A stretch of DNA of 63,945 nt, filler included, from Octopus bimaculoides (GCF_001194135.2; 7 parts of 7 records of this genome joined end to end with filler, not necessarily neighbours in it); one strand, 5' to 3'; numbered from the whole stretch's first letter, positions 48,705 through 61,687 are shown. The notes: generated by a model from the letters alone, not told the origin. Made by a program: numbers and translations.

Positions 48705-49899
48705 ATATATAATTATACATATATGTAAATGCTAATAACACATTGTTTTGAAAACAAGACTCATGTCGCGTGTGAATATTTGTAATGTTTGTATTATGCA
48801 TTTCGTGATACCTGAAAATTGTTTTTTTTTTTAACACATAAACATAAGTTTACCACCCCCACAACTTCTTCACTACCTACCTACCTACCTACCTATCTAC
48901 ATACATACATACATACATACATACATACATACATTCACACACAGCTTTACAAATATAGCATGAAAACGGTTATATGAATACACACAATCTAAAACTAAAA
49001 GACTATATATTTTCNNNNNNNNNNNNNNNNNNNNNNNNNNNNNNNNNNNNNNNNNNNNNNNNNNNNNNNNNNNNNNNNNNNNNNNNNNNNNNNNNNNNNN
49101 NNNNNNNNNNNNNNNNNNNNNNNNNNNNNNNNNNNNNNNNNNNNNNNNNNNNNNNNNNNNNNNNNNNNNNNNNNNNNNNNNNNNNNNNNNNNNNNNNNNN
49201 NNNNNNNNNNNNNNNNNNNNNNNNNNNNNNNNNNNNNNNNNNNNNNNNNNNNNNNNNNNNNNNNNNNNNNNNNNNNNNNNNNNNNNNNNNNNNNNNNNNN
49301 NNNNNNNNNNNNNNNNNNNNNNNNNNNNNNNNNNNNNNNNNNNNNNNNNNNNNNNNNNNNNNNNNNNNNNNNNNNNNNNNNNNNNNNNNNNNNNNNNNNN
49401 NNNNNNNNNNNNNNNNNNNNNNNNNNNNNNNNNNNNNNNNNNNNNNNNNNNNNNNNNNNNNNNNNNNNNNNNNNNNNNNNNNNNNNNNNNNNNNNNNNNN
49501 NNNNNNNNNNNNNNNNNNNNNNNNNNNNNNNNNNNNNNNNNNNNNNNNNNNNNNNNNNNNNNNNNNNNNNNNNNNNNNNNNNNNNNNNNNNNNNNNNNNN
49601 NNNNNNNNNNNNNNNNNNNNNNNNNNNNNNNNNNNNNNNNNNNNNNNNNNNNNNNNNNNNNNNNNNNNNNNNNNNNNNNNNNNNNNNNNNNNNNNNNNNN
49701 NNNNNNNNNNNNNNNNNNNNGCCAGTGCCCATAACCCTTTTTCAGATTCCAGTAATCATCATAACTTCCACATCTTTTTCTATTTGATTTTTCTCTATCG
49801 AAGTTGGAGAAACAGTAGCGATCTGAGAAACTTTAGAGACAGCAAATCGGTGTTTCACGACGTTAGACGGTTGTAGCAAGAGATGACGTTAACGTTAAA

Positions 49900-50140
49900 A
49901 ACAATAGCGGTACAAGACACAACAGCAGCAGCATAAAACATACAAACAGCGTTACAGACAACAGCAGTATAAAACACAGCAAGCAGCATTAGAAGACAGC
50001 AGCGGTGTGAGACACAACTGCGGTGTAACACATAGCAGAGACAGTGAAAGACAGCTGATGTGTGAGAAGCTAACAGCGACGCGGTTGCGGGGTCAGACGC
50101 AACAATGACGTTAGAGTCAGTAGTGGCGTTAGCTGACTCA
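49900..50140. repeat. Degenerate ~20-bp tandem repeat (ACAGCAGCGGTGTAAGACAC-like)
   Basis: Repeated CAGCAG(C/T)...AAGACAC units. Confidence 0.5.
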
Positions 50141-50799
50141 AATCAAAGAGATGTCTGGTATATCTTTACCACTGAGCTGATTATCTTTCTAGCAACCGAT
50201 AATTAATCACACATCTACACAAAATATGTGACATTGACAATCACCACTCTCACTAAACCAAAATGAGTAATTGTGATGCTCAATGTTTCGCAAAAACATT
50301 ATGCCTTTTATGTGATGGGAAATGATGGTTTCAGCCTCTGTTCAAAGGAAACTGAGGTCTAGTTGTACCAGAGACATACACCTACACATGCATACAGATA
50401 TACATATACGTACACAAAGATAATAGACATGGAGGTAGAACGAAGATAAAATTAAGTGGAGACTGTGTGGTGACGTTAATATCTTAATTGAGAGAATTAA
50501 AGACGAACGTGAAGTGGAATGGTCACAAGAGCGAATATAAAACGTTTCAATATGTGTCACAATTATCAAATTGTTGAGAAGCTGTATGTCACGCCAGATC
50601 ATATTATTGTAAACTTGAAATAATTCCATGTAAAAGAATTAATTCTTCAGAATGTGTTTAAGTATTTGAATAAATGTGGATAAAAATAAACTGCCCTCGT
50701 GTTAACGTTCTATTTTCTTTGTTAAACCGTTATTCCTTACACATCTTTTTTTGTTTTCCTGCCTTTTTCTTTTCTCGTTCTCTCTCCGTTTCTTTTCCT

Positions 50800-50996
50800 C
50801 TTAATCCTTTCTGTCGCAGAGCGTAGGCTCGAAACGACAAAAGCTTTTCCATTCTTCCCGAGCATTAAACTAACACACCTGTTTACATTATTTACACTTG
50901 ACGGATATTTGTCCTCATCTTGTTCGTTGTTAACTCAACGTTTCGCCTGATATAGCCTCCAGCCTTCATCAGGTGTCTTGGGGAAATTTCAAACCT
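50800..50996. mobile_element. Penelope-derived element with two oppositely oriented hammerhead-like motifs
   Basis: 50881-50996 matches the arm at 21298-21420. Plus-strand motif at 50806-50842; minus-strand motif at 50930-50977. Confidence 0.7.
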
Positions 50997-51690
50997 NNNN
51001 NNNNNNNNNNNNNNNNNNNNNNNNNNNNNNNNNNNNNNNNNNNNNNNNNNNNNNNNNNNNNNNNNNNNNNNNNNNNNNNNNNNNNNNNNNNNNNNNACAT
51101 ACACACACCCACATACATACATCCACATATCCATATATGTGTGTGTATGCATACATATACATATACACGGTTTTTTTCAAATGAATCAAGTCATAACCTT
51201 ATCCATCTATTGTTTTCAGAATCGGTCATAATGTCTTACGTTTAAGATGATTCCCATGCTTTCCCTGATAAGAAGGTTACAATTTTAATATCAAAGATCC
51301 CTATGGATCACACAGGTTGTAATCCTTTGAAACATATGTNNNNNNNNNNNNNNNNNNNNNNNNNNNNNNNNNNNNNNNNNNNNNNNNNNNNNNNNNNNNN
51401 NNNNNNNNNNNNNNNNNNNNNNNNNNNNNNNNNNNNNNNNNNNNNNNNNNNNNNNNNNNNNNNNNNNNNNNNNNNNNNNNNNNNNNNNNNNNNNNNNNNN
51501 NNNNNNNNNNNNNNNNNNNNNNNNNNNNNNNNNNNNNNNNNNNNNNNNNNNNNNNNNNNNNNNNNNNNNNNNNNNNNNNNNNNNNNNNNNNNNNNNNNNN
51601 NNNNNNNNNNNNNNNNNNNNNNNNNNNNNNNNNNNNNNNNNNNNNNNNNNNNNNNNNNNNNNNNNNNNNNNNNNNNNNNNNNNNNNNNNN

Positions 51691-51952
51691 GAGTTGACTA
51701 TAATAAATGTTATAAATAATTTAATTATTCATATCTAATATAATATATCGAAATATAAAAGTTCCTCCTTCAGATATCGCTAGGAAGTAATAGAGTCACT
51801 GTTATAGTCGCTTTTCTAACGGTTAGAAAACCGACTATAACAGAGACTCCATTACTTCCTAGCGATATCTGAAGGAGGAATTTTTATATTCCAAAATATT
51901 ATGTTAGACTATGAATAATTAAATTATTTACAACATTTATTATAATCCACTC
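51691..51952. repeat. 262-bp near-perfect palindrome (foldback/MITE-like)
   Basis: Arms of ~130 bp at about 90% identity, centred on TTTTCTAAC-G-GTTAGAAAA (51821); the left arm abuts a gap. Confidence 0.92.
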
Positions 51953-52209
51953 TGCATTGTTGTGCCATTCCAGACACGTTACATTTCACAAACAATACAC
52001 ACTACTTCCTGCGCACCACAATACCCTCTCATATAGAAATCGTTTTAAATTATAAACCGTCTACATCTTAAGACAAATAATATCAGAAATAGGTTTTAGT
52101 AGCTATAGATTCACATTTAGATCCCACGCTCATATTGTTCAATGTAGCTACAACAGGAAATAATGTATATTACATACTGTATGCTTCCGGAATATGGACA
52201 TTATATTGG

Positions 52210-52580
52210 TCGTAATATGCACACCGGACGACGTCCTAGAAAACAACTCCCTATTAAAATTCAACACCTAGAACAGTAGAAATATAACTCCGACCAATGC
52301 AATGACTCCAATTTTAGATATAAACATTCAAAATGAAAACAATAGATGAAACATGTCCGGTTACACCAAAGACACAATTATATGTATATGCTGCTTAAAC
52401 AGAGACTGCCCACATAAATATGTTTACGTGTATAACTTAAACAGAATCTCTATAATAAAATCTCTACTTTGAAGCGTATTTTGATTTTGATTCACAAAGG
52501 AAGCTTCTGATAAAGAAATCCTCAGAATACAACAAGCAATACCAACAACAGATATACTAACCAAGCCAAGGTTTAGACGG
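52210..52580 (+). mobile_element. Decayed Penelope-like RT/thumb fragment
   Basis: LENNSLLKFNT...PILDINIQNENN...YTKDT...CLNRDCPHKY...DKEILRIQQ fits the PLE pattern F.NNS.LKFT.E...PFLDI...Y.K.T...CLN...CP..YK...E..RIKQ. Confidence 0.55.
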
Positions 52581-53139
52581 AGAAACCCTATAGAAATCGT
52601 ATTAAATGATATTTGCAAACACCCAGAAATATAGCCACTCACGTACGTACGTACTGAAGAAACTATTCGTGTCCTTTCGGTTTTCGCAAGACAATTTATA
52701 TAAGCAAAAAGTTTTAGTAGCTATGCAAAGAAAAAATACAATATAACAAATACGTTAGGCAGTACAGCTATTAGAAATGCTGAAACAACACAACGTGTAT
52801 TAGATGTAATTAAATATCAACTAGTTTCGTGTTGTGTGATCTAGTGCTTTGTAATTGCTCCTAATTGCGTGTGCTAAGTCAGATGAAGACTGTCGTACGT
52901 GTACAGCTAATATAACAGTTGGAATGATGAAGTTTACGACTTTCAAATAGGCAAACGAATTCATAAGTTCCAGTGGTCATTAGTAAATTGTTACTAATTA
53001 AAAAATACACAAATACGTTTTCAAAAGCCTCGTAAAGCAGAACTCAAAACATTTAACCGTAAATTAACAATAATAATATGCTATAAAGTTCCCAACAAAG
53101 TGCAAGGAACTCGTAAAGGAGCCTTTCTAAAAATAAAAA

Positions 53140-53574
53140 TAAAACTACTACACCATCACGTATTCACACACACATTCACGCACACTCAGACACACATTCA
53201 CGCACACTCAGACACACATTCACGCACTCACACTCACACACATTTACGCGCACTCACACACACATTCACGCGTACTAACACACTCTTTCAAGCGCAGTCA
53301 CAAACACATATTCACGCGCACTCACGCACACATTCATGTACTCTCAGGCACACATTCTTGCACGCACACATTCACGAGCACTCATACACACATTCACGCG
53401 CACTTACACACATTCACGCATACTCACACACACATTCACGCACATTCACAAACGCACATTCACGTGCATTCACACACACATTCATGCACACTCACATACA
53501 TTGATGCGCACTCACACGTTCATGCGCACTCACACACACACATTCACTTCCACTCATACACACATTCACGCGCA

Positions 53575-53623
<49 letters not shown>

Positions 53624-53650
53624 TCATGCGCACTTACACACACTCACGGG
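53140..53650. repeat. CA-derived degenerate minisatellite (CACACATTCACGCACACT-like)
   Basis: Read directly. Confidence 0.85.
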
Positions 53651-53914
53651 CACCCACAGATTCACTTACCGAAGCATATTGGAGATCAAGATATGAATGA
53701 ACTGACTTGGAGTGATGCATATATTGTTAAAAAGCTGGCTACGAGAGCAGGGTTGCCAAATGGGCTACAAGTAACGGATTATTTTACTTTCTTAGCACTT
53801 CACACCACTATGTGTGTGTGTGTGCTAATTGATACTTTAATATTCTAATTTTTTTTATTCAATATCATATTACAGTATCAACTATGTAAATTAGAACTGA
53901 CCTGCAGGCAATTC

Positions 53915-53946
<32 letters not shown>

Positions 53947-53954
53947 TGCATGCA

Positions 53955-54001
<47 letters not shown>

Positions 54002-54199
54002 TTAATTAATTAGAAAAATTTTAATTTTTCATTGGGGTGAGTGGCTACTTTCTAATACATTTCACTAATTTTTGAAAGGTTTGTGCTACTTTTTATAAAA
54101 CTTATCTGGTAACCCTGTACAAGAAATTTAAAGTCTGTGAAATTACTCCATCAATTCGAAATAAAACTATTTGAAAAGCAGACGGGTAATTAGAGACGC

Positions 54200-55135
54200 A
54201 ACGTCATGGTGTCAAATACTTCGGATACTGAAGTGATTGACACGATACAAGGAGAGCACTAAAAGTGTATATGCAAACCCGCATCAACCAGAACAAGCTG
54301 GTAGGCTTGCAACTCGCATCTGGAGAGGTAAGGCCATACAGGCCTGCGGCGATTTATGTCACGGGACTGGAGACAGAGTCAATGTGGTCTGAGTCTGAAC
54401 TTGCAAGTGGATAGGGACTACGAAGAGCTAGTAAACAGAAAAAGCCATCACACAGGAATAAGTTGAGAAGAATTTGTCCATGATCGGTCGGTCTTATATC
54501 GCCTCAGTGGTATAGGACCATCAGTCTGGCGATCCTTTTCTCGAGAAATGTCCGACCAGATTGGAGAGCATGCTCCCGAGTTATGTGGGTGGAGGAAAGT
54601 AGTGTTGTTGAGAAAGGTTCAAGTTAGTCTTTCAAGATAAAGGAGAATCACTTACAGCTTTGCTACTCAAAGAGTTAAAAGGTTGGTACTTGCATTGATA
54701 GTCTGGTTGGTGATGCATAGACATATACAGATCTCATGTGATATATCTTAGAGAGGTGGGGAACGAACCTGGCATGGGTAACGCCCTAATCTATCGAAAT
54801 CTTTCGGTTAATAAAACTTGACAGCTGTTCTCACAGCTACTGGTTTCGGCGTCGGACGGTCGCAATATACAGCGATATCTCCTCGGTGGTTAGAGTGAAC
54901 TATCGGAACTATTGAGTATCATGCGCTTCTCCCCTCTTCTGTTTGTACTACCTTTTGGGCTGCTTTTACAGAAACTAGAGCCGTTGAGGGGCATCTCGCG
55001 AAAACTAGAATAGGGAGATTTGTGACGGTATATACGGATGTCATCATAATAGTGTCGGATTACTAGCCCAAGGAGGTGATAGGCACTACGAAGCGGTTAC
55101 AAGAATCAAAATCAACAAAGAAGTGTCTCTTGAAA
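54200..55135 (+). mobile_element. Decayed Tx1/L1-clade LINE RT remnant
   Basis: SPLLFVLPFGLLLQKLEPLRGISRKLE (from 54930), then V.YTD-VIIIVSD and KINK, corresponding to LSPLLYVL.LEPLL.KL...YADDVT...KIN..KS. Many stops; the 5' boundary is approximate. Confidence 0.6.
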
Positions 55136-55221
55136 TTATCATTTGTTTATTTATTAAATGAAACATTTCTTTTGTTATTTTTTCCATAACAAAAACAAAA
55201 ATAAAGAAATACGTATATCAA

Positions 55222-55501
55222 CCCTTAAACGGCAGACATCATCAGCTGGTGTAAATTTGAACAATGCGGTAATGTCGGATGAATTTATCCCACGACGGAT
55301 GCAAAGGAAAGTGAATATTTTACCGCACTTCAATAATGAAATTGTAAAAGTTTATTGAGCGAGAGACTAACAATTATAATTTTTGTACCTATTTAAAGTG
55401 AAAATAAGTACAAAGTTTCCCCTTAAAAATAAGATGTTTTTTCTTTGCATTTTGCTCGTTTGGCACACATATTAATGCAACCATTCCCCGCCGTTTAAGG
55501 G
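55222..55501. mobile_element. piggyBac-like MITE
   Basis: Perfect 12-bp TIRs CCCTTAAACGGC / GCCGTTTAAGGG flanked by TCAA and TTAA. Confidence 0.75.
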
Positions 55502-57554
55502 TTAAATATCAAATTTTAAATATTTTAGCTAAAAGGCTAAAATTATTAGATTAACTTCTTTCATCTTTTACACGTCCTGAATTATTATTCAAAGGATTAC
55601 GTGTTTCTGAGTTCTGTTTTCGTTAATGACATTTCGTCCTTGGGTGGACTTAATAAGTGCAGGTAATATTTTATCTGTGACACACATGTTTGAAGACACG
55701 TGTGACACCCAGCTCAAATTCCTGCAAGATATCTAATTTACAGACTTTACAGAACCTTGAGTTACTTACACTGAAAAATCAGATATTTCTGGTTTGTATT
55801 TTATTTCATTTCATTGAACTGCTCTTCAAAATTCATGTTTTAACCGGAGTTTCTACAACATTCACTGCAGGATAAGTACACTAAAAAATATCATGTATTG
55901 TGTTGTATTTTCTGCCATATTTCTTGCTGAAATTTCTCCACAGGCAGCCTTTAACATTTTATATCCAAAATGTTTTTTTAAACCCAATATTTACACGCTA
56001 TTATTTAAGGCTTTCTGCAGTATTTAATGCGTACACTATTAGATCAACAACATTTAATGCACACTGTTTAATCCTTTGACTGTCCTGTATATCACATGTA
56101 ATACACGCGACATATTTCTCTGGCATCCTTGCATTATATATGACGTACATCCTCAAGTTTTTTTCTAACCACTACAGTAACTTGGGACTTATGAGAAGAA
56201 AGATTTATATTACTCAGAAGGTATGAAACAAAAGCTAACTAAAAGCCTGAAAACTCGCACGGACGTTTCGGACAAACTTATGAAAATGCTATCGTCAAGC
56301 AAAGCGCTAAGAAACGTATTTTTCATGTTTAATAAATTTATTGGCTTTTCCGCACAATATCTTTGAAGCCCATCTCAGATTAAATCCTAAACAAACACAT
56401 ACACTCAAAATGTTTTTTATATTTTATTTTATTAGTTTTATTTATTGAAGAAAAATGGTTTCTTTTGTCGTATATTTACTCATTGTAGTAATGTAATTAA
56501 TTTTTTTTTGTTTTGCTTTATTATTCATTTTTTTTTTTTAGCCGGAACTATCCGTATTAACCTGCAGAATTCACAACACATTCCAAATTGCATTTTATTT
56601 ATTTTTTTTAGATAATTTCTACCTTTCTTTTTGTCTTTTCCTGATGCATTTTATAAAATTCCGTATTAAAATTTAAGTTTTATTGAAATCAAAGTGTCTT
56701 TTGCTCTTATATATATATAAGAATGGTTATTGTTCATTGATTAGCTGCAAATGACGTTTTAGCCCTATAATGTATGTGTGTATGTATATATATGCATATG
56801 TATATGTANNNNNNNNNNNNNNNNNNNNNNNNNNNNNNNNNNNNNNNNNNNNNNNNNNNNNNNNNNNNNNNNNNNNNNNNNNNNNNNNNNNNNNNNNNNN
56901 NNNNNNNNNNNNNNNNNNNNNNNNNNNNNNNNNNNNNNNNNNNNNNNNNNNNNNNNNNNNNNNNNNNNNNNNNNNNNNNNNNNNNNNNNNNNNNNNNNNN
57001 NNNNNNNNNNNNNNNNNNNNNNNNNNNNNNNNNNNNNNNNNNNNNNNNNNNNNNNNNNNNNNNNNNNNNNTATATATATATGTATGAATGTATGTATGTA
57101 TGTATGTATGTATATACTTTTTTCTTACACATATATTTCAATTTATTGTAACATATTCCGTTCATATTAATGCGATTTTCTCGTTCTGTACCATAATCTT
57201 CACGTTGAAAATTGTTTTGTTTTTGTTTTTTATTTTACATTTGAATATATAGATTAATGAAAAAAAAATATTCGTTCACATTTTGTCCAGTGTAATCCGT
57301 TTGTAAACCATTTTGTATCTCTCTCTATTCCTTTTTTCTTTTTCACATACACAAACTCCCTTTATCGCTCATTCTCTTTCATTCTGTCTCCAGTCATTCT
57401 CTCCCTCTCCCTCTCCCTTTCCCTTTTTTCTTCCTGTCTCCCTCCTTCCTTTTCATCACTCTCTACGCGACTCGTATTTTTCATTCAATTTCCCGAGTAG
57501 TTTCACTACAACTTGACGATTCACTTAAATCTATTTCCCTGATCATTGACTGAC

Positions 57555-57645
57555 CTTCCGTACATTTTTCTGGATAAAGGAAACAGTTCTTCTTCGGTCT
57601 GCCTTTTGGTTTTGTTGGGGGTTCTGTTCCGCCTTTCTGCATAAC
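57555..57645 (-). CDS. Barx: Barx exon directly 3' of the homeobox (Barx basic region)
   Basis: 91-nt exon absent from the ORF track. Acceptor tcgttctgttag|GTT, donor GAAG|gtcagt. Encodes [30 protein letters not shown](G), matching the BARX1/2 post-homeodomain [20 protein letters not shown]. Its phase 0 start matches the homeobox exon donor; intron 57646-60083. Confidence 0.93.
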
Positions 57646-57725
57646 CTAACAGAACGATGACAAAATAGTAACAATTATAACTGGGCCACAAAGATTATTA
57701 ACAAATGATAATAGTAATAATAATG

Positions 57726-57800
<75 letters not shown>

Positions 57801-57824
57801 TTAATAATAATAATAATAATTAAT

Positions 57825-58229
57825 AAAAAAAATATTCAGACAAATACATAACAAAAACACCAGGACTTACAAATATATATAACATACAGAAAATTGCACT
57901 ACTGGGCACTGCACACATCCTACGCAAAACACTTTCAATACAGNNNNNNNNNNATAATAATAATAATAATAATAATAATAATATTAATAATAATAATAAT
58001 AATTAATAAAAAAAATATTCAGACAAATACATAACAAAAACACCAGGACTTACAAATATATATAACATACAGAAAATTGCACTATTGGGCACTGCACACA
58101 TCCTACGCAAAACACTTTCAATACAGTAACCATAAGAGCACCACAGCAAACCACAGCACATACCCAAGGCACACAGAGCTGCGCTCGGTAGTGAAGTGAA
58201 AGCACGTTATAAAAATAAAACTACTGAAC

Positions 58230-58232
<3 letters not shown>
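57825..58232 (+). mobile_element. R4/Dong-clade non-LTR 3' end in (AAT)n (second family; shown twice across a 10-N gap)
   Basis: ITKTPGLTNIYNIQKIALLGTAHILRKTLSIQ* plus a ~95-nt 3' UTR, with (AAT)n on both sides. Confidence 0.8.
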
Positions 58233-58264
<32 letters not shown>

Positions 58265-58266
<2 letters not shown>

Positions 58267-58860
58267 GTTTCAAAGTTTGCCACAAGGGCAGCAATTTTGG
58301 AGAGGGAATGAGTCGATTACATCGACCCCAGTGCTCAACTGGTACTTATTTTATCGACCCCGAAAGGATGAAAGGTAAAGTCGACCATAGCAACGTTTGA
58401 ACTCAGATTGTAAAGCCAGAAGAAATATCGCTAAACATTTTGTCCGGCGTACAAACGCTTCTGTTAGCTCACCGCCTTTGGTTTCAAATTTCGACGCAAG
58501 GCCAGCAATTTTAGTGGGAGAAGGCAAGTCGATTGCATCGACTCTAGTTGTTGACTGGTACTTAACTTTTCTCGATCCCGTAAGGATGCAAGGCAAAGTG
58601 GACCTTGTGGTATTTGAACTCAGAACATAAAGAGCCTGAACCAATACCGCTGGGCATTTCCCCAAAGTTCTAAAGATTCTGTCAGCGCACTGCTCTCATA
58701 ATGACAATGATTTTTGATTTAGTCACAAGGCCAATATTTTTGAGGAGAGGGGCTAGTTGAATATATCGACCCAGTGCTTGACTGGTATTTTATCATATCG
58801 ACCCCAGAAAGCTGAAAGGCTAAGTTGAGTTCAGTGAGATTTAAGCCCAGGACGTAAAAA
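58265..58860 (-). mobile_element. Three tandem SINE family B copies of increasing divergence in the Barx intron
   Basis: Units at 58265-58477, 58478-58692 and ~58710-58860, each with ATCGAC(C/T)C..AAG(G/C)(A/T)TG(A/C)AAGG.AAAGT.GA. Confidence 0.8.
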
Positions 58861-58957
58861 GTAGTTTTATCGAAAGCTCTACAAATTATGTTAATCTGTA
58901 GCTATAAAATAATTGCCGCTAAAACACTGGGATCAGTTGAACCATCTATCATTTCTC

Positions 58958-59028
58958 TTAGCTTGGTGGTGGACCTCCATCGTTCGACGACGAGCATTCG
59001 GTTGTTCCATCAACTGAATTATCTTCTC
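58958..59028 (-). CDS. Candidate Barx terminal coding exon (order conflicts with the other exons)
   Basis: Acceptor ttacttacacgtttgttcag; phase-1 reading (G)EDNSVDGTTECSSSNDGGPPPS*. The phase fits after exon 57555-57645, but it lies upstream of that exon. No homology support. Confidence 0.3.
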
Positions 59029-59554
59029 CTGAACAAACGTGTAAGTAACTGAATCTTACCCAGTCACGTTCGTAACCCTTATTCTCAGGCAGGATCAATA
59101 TAAGAGAAGATAATGTGTGACAAGGCTGTACTTTTTGAATTACGAGTACAGTTTATTTGACATGTTTCTAAGCAGTCTCCATCTACGCAGTGGGATTGAA
59201 TCCGGTAACTCGTGACTACGAAGTGAACATTATAACCATTGGATGATACTGCAATGTCATTAATAATAGTTATTATTTGCAATTTATGAAATAATAGGAA
59301 AAGCCGAGGCCATGACAACGAAGAACGTTGTTATTTTGTAGATAACTTCAAACCAATCGGTTCTGAGTTCACGTTCAATCGCCATTATCTTTCATTTCAT
59401 TCACTGGATATCAATAATATGAATACCAGTTATTGCTTTTTGACCCCAGGTTAGTCTTGATGTAAATATATATATATAGACAAAAACAAAAACACACACA
59501 TACACTTATATGCACATATACATACATATATATACACATATACACATATACATA

Positions 59555-59638
<84 letters not shown>

Positions 59639-59689
59639 TGTATATGTGTGTATGCGTATATATATGTATGTATATGTGTATGTGTGTGT

Positions 59690-59875
59690 TTTTGTTTTTG
59701 TCTATCACCCCATCGTTTGATAACCGGTGTTAGTTTATTTATGCCCCCGTAACTTAGCAGTTTAGCAAAAGCGACCAATAGAATAAGTACTGGTGACGAT
59801 TTGTTCGACTAAAACCCTTGAAGGCGGTGGCCCGGCATGACTACGATTTAATGGCTGAAACAAGTAAAAGAGATA
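59690..59875 (+). mobile_element. SINE family A 3' half
   Basis: CCATCGTTTGATAACCGG...CCCGTAACTTAGCAGTT...GGCTGAAACAAGTAAAAGA. Confidence 0.8.
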
Positions 59876-60047
59876 TTAACTGTTGAGTGTCGTAGACAAA
59901 CGATAAGTTTCCGGCAAACGAAATTGCGACATAGTTTCGATTTCTAACTGAAAGACATTTATCTCTCCCATGCAGCTAATGGCACTATAGAATGCATGAA
60001 CGCCATGTCTTACCGTTTCGTCACGTAAAATATAGATAGTAGCTTTA

Positions 60048-60395
<348 letters not shown>

Positions 60396-61635
60396 TTAAA
60401 AAAAGAACATTATACATATATNNNNNNNNNNNNNNNNNNNNNNNNNNNNNNNNNNNNNNNNNNNNNNNNNNNNNNNNNNNNNNNNNNNNNNNNNNNNNNN
60501 NNNNNNNNNNNNNNNNNNNNNNNNNNNNNNNNNNNNNNNNNNNNNNNNNNNTATATATATATACATATATACATATATATATATATATATGTATCTATAT
60601 GTGTATGTATGTATATATGTTTATGTATATATATGTGTATACATATATGTATTAGCGTATTAATTGCTACATAGCTTAAACACATTTAAGCGTAAGCCAT
60701 ATAGGAAATCAAACTAAATGCTCATGTTTAATAATAAAACGTTCAGCTACCTGCTTATAGTCTTCATAAACCTAGTCAACAATATTCGAAGGACCTCTAG
60801 CTTCCCGCCGAATAAAGTTATTTTCACTGTAACTCTCACTATAATAATACACTAGAAGCAAGTGAATATAAGAATGAGAGCCATTAAACCATTATTTTTC
60901 TGTCACCAGCAAATAGAAAATCTTGGAAAAATCATCTGACAACCTCTTTCTTACAGTAAACCACATAACAAAAAATTAACTAATTAATAAGCATTAACTA
61001 ATTAATAAGCATTTTAATTTGTGTCTATTAAAACATTTTCTATAACCACTGTTACTGGAAATTGTCTCATAGAAACATTTTGAAATTAAGTCATATATAT
61101 ACATCAAACAGGAAAATTAAAATTATGAGACGTCCATCCGGCCAGTTACAACGTCAGATACGAGATTTTCAATAAATAGACATTTCAGAAAATGCGGATT
61201 CACAGATATATGTATGCATGTATATATGTTCTTCTCTTTTTCTTTTTAATTTTAGAGTAAGCTTTGACTGGCCACCTACTCGGTAGCAAGGTTGTGAAGG
61301 AAAGTATCTTGTTTTAACCATTATCTTTTAAATCTTAAGGTCTTGCAGGTTTTATCGTCGCAGATATCGAGATCATTTGTAGCTTATGAATTAAGGATTT
61401 GTATGTATGTATGTATGTATGTATGTATGTATGCATGTATACATATATACATGTATGCATGCATGCATACATGTATGTATGCAGCTATAAGTGTTTATAT
61501 ATATATATGCATGTGTGCATGCGCGCACACAAATATATATACACATATATACATGTACAATTTTTTCTTTCTTTCTGTACAGACACGCACACACACATAC
61601 ACACGCACACACACACATACACACACACACACAAA

Positions 61636-61687
<52 letters not shown>

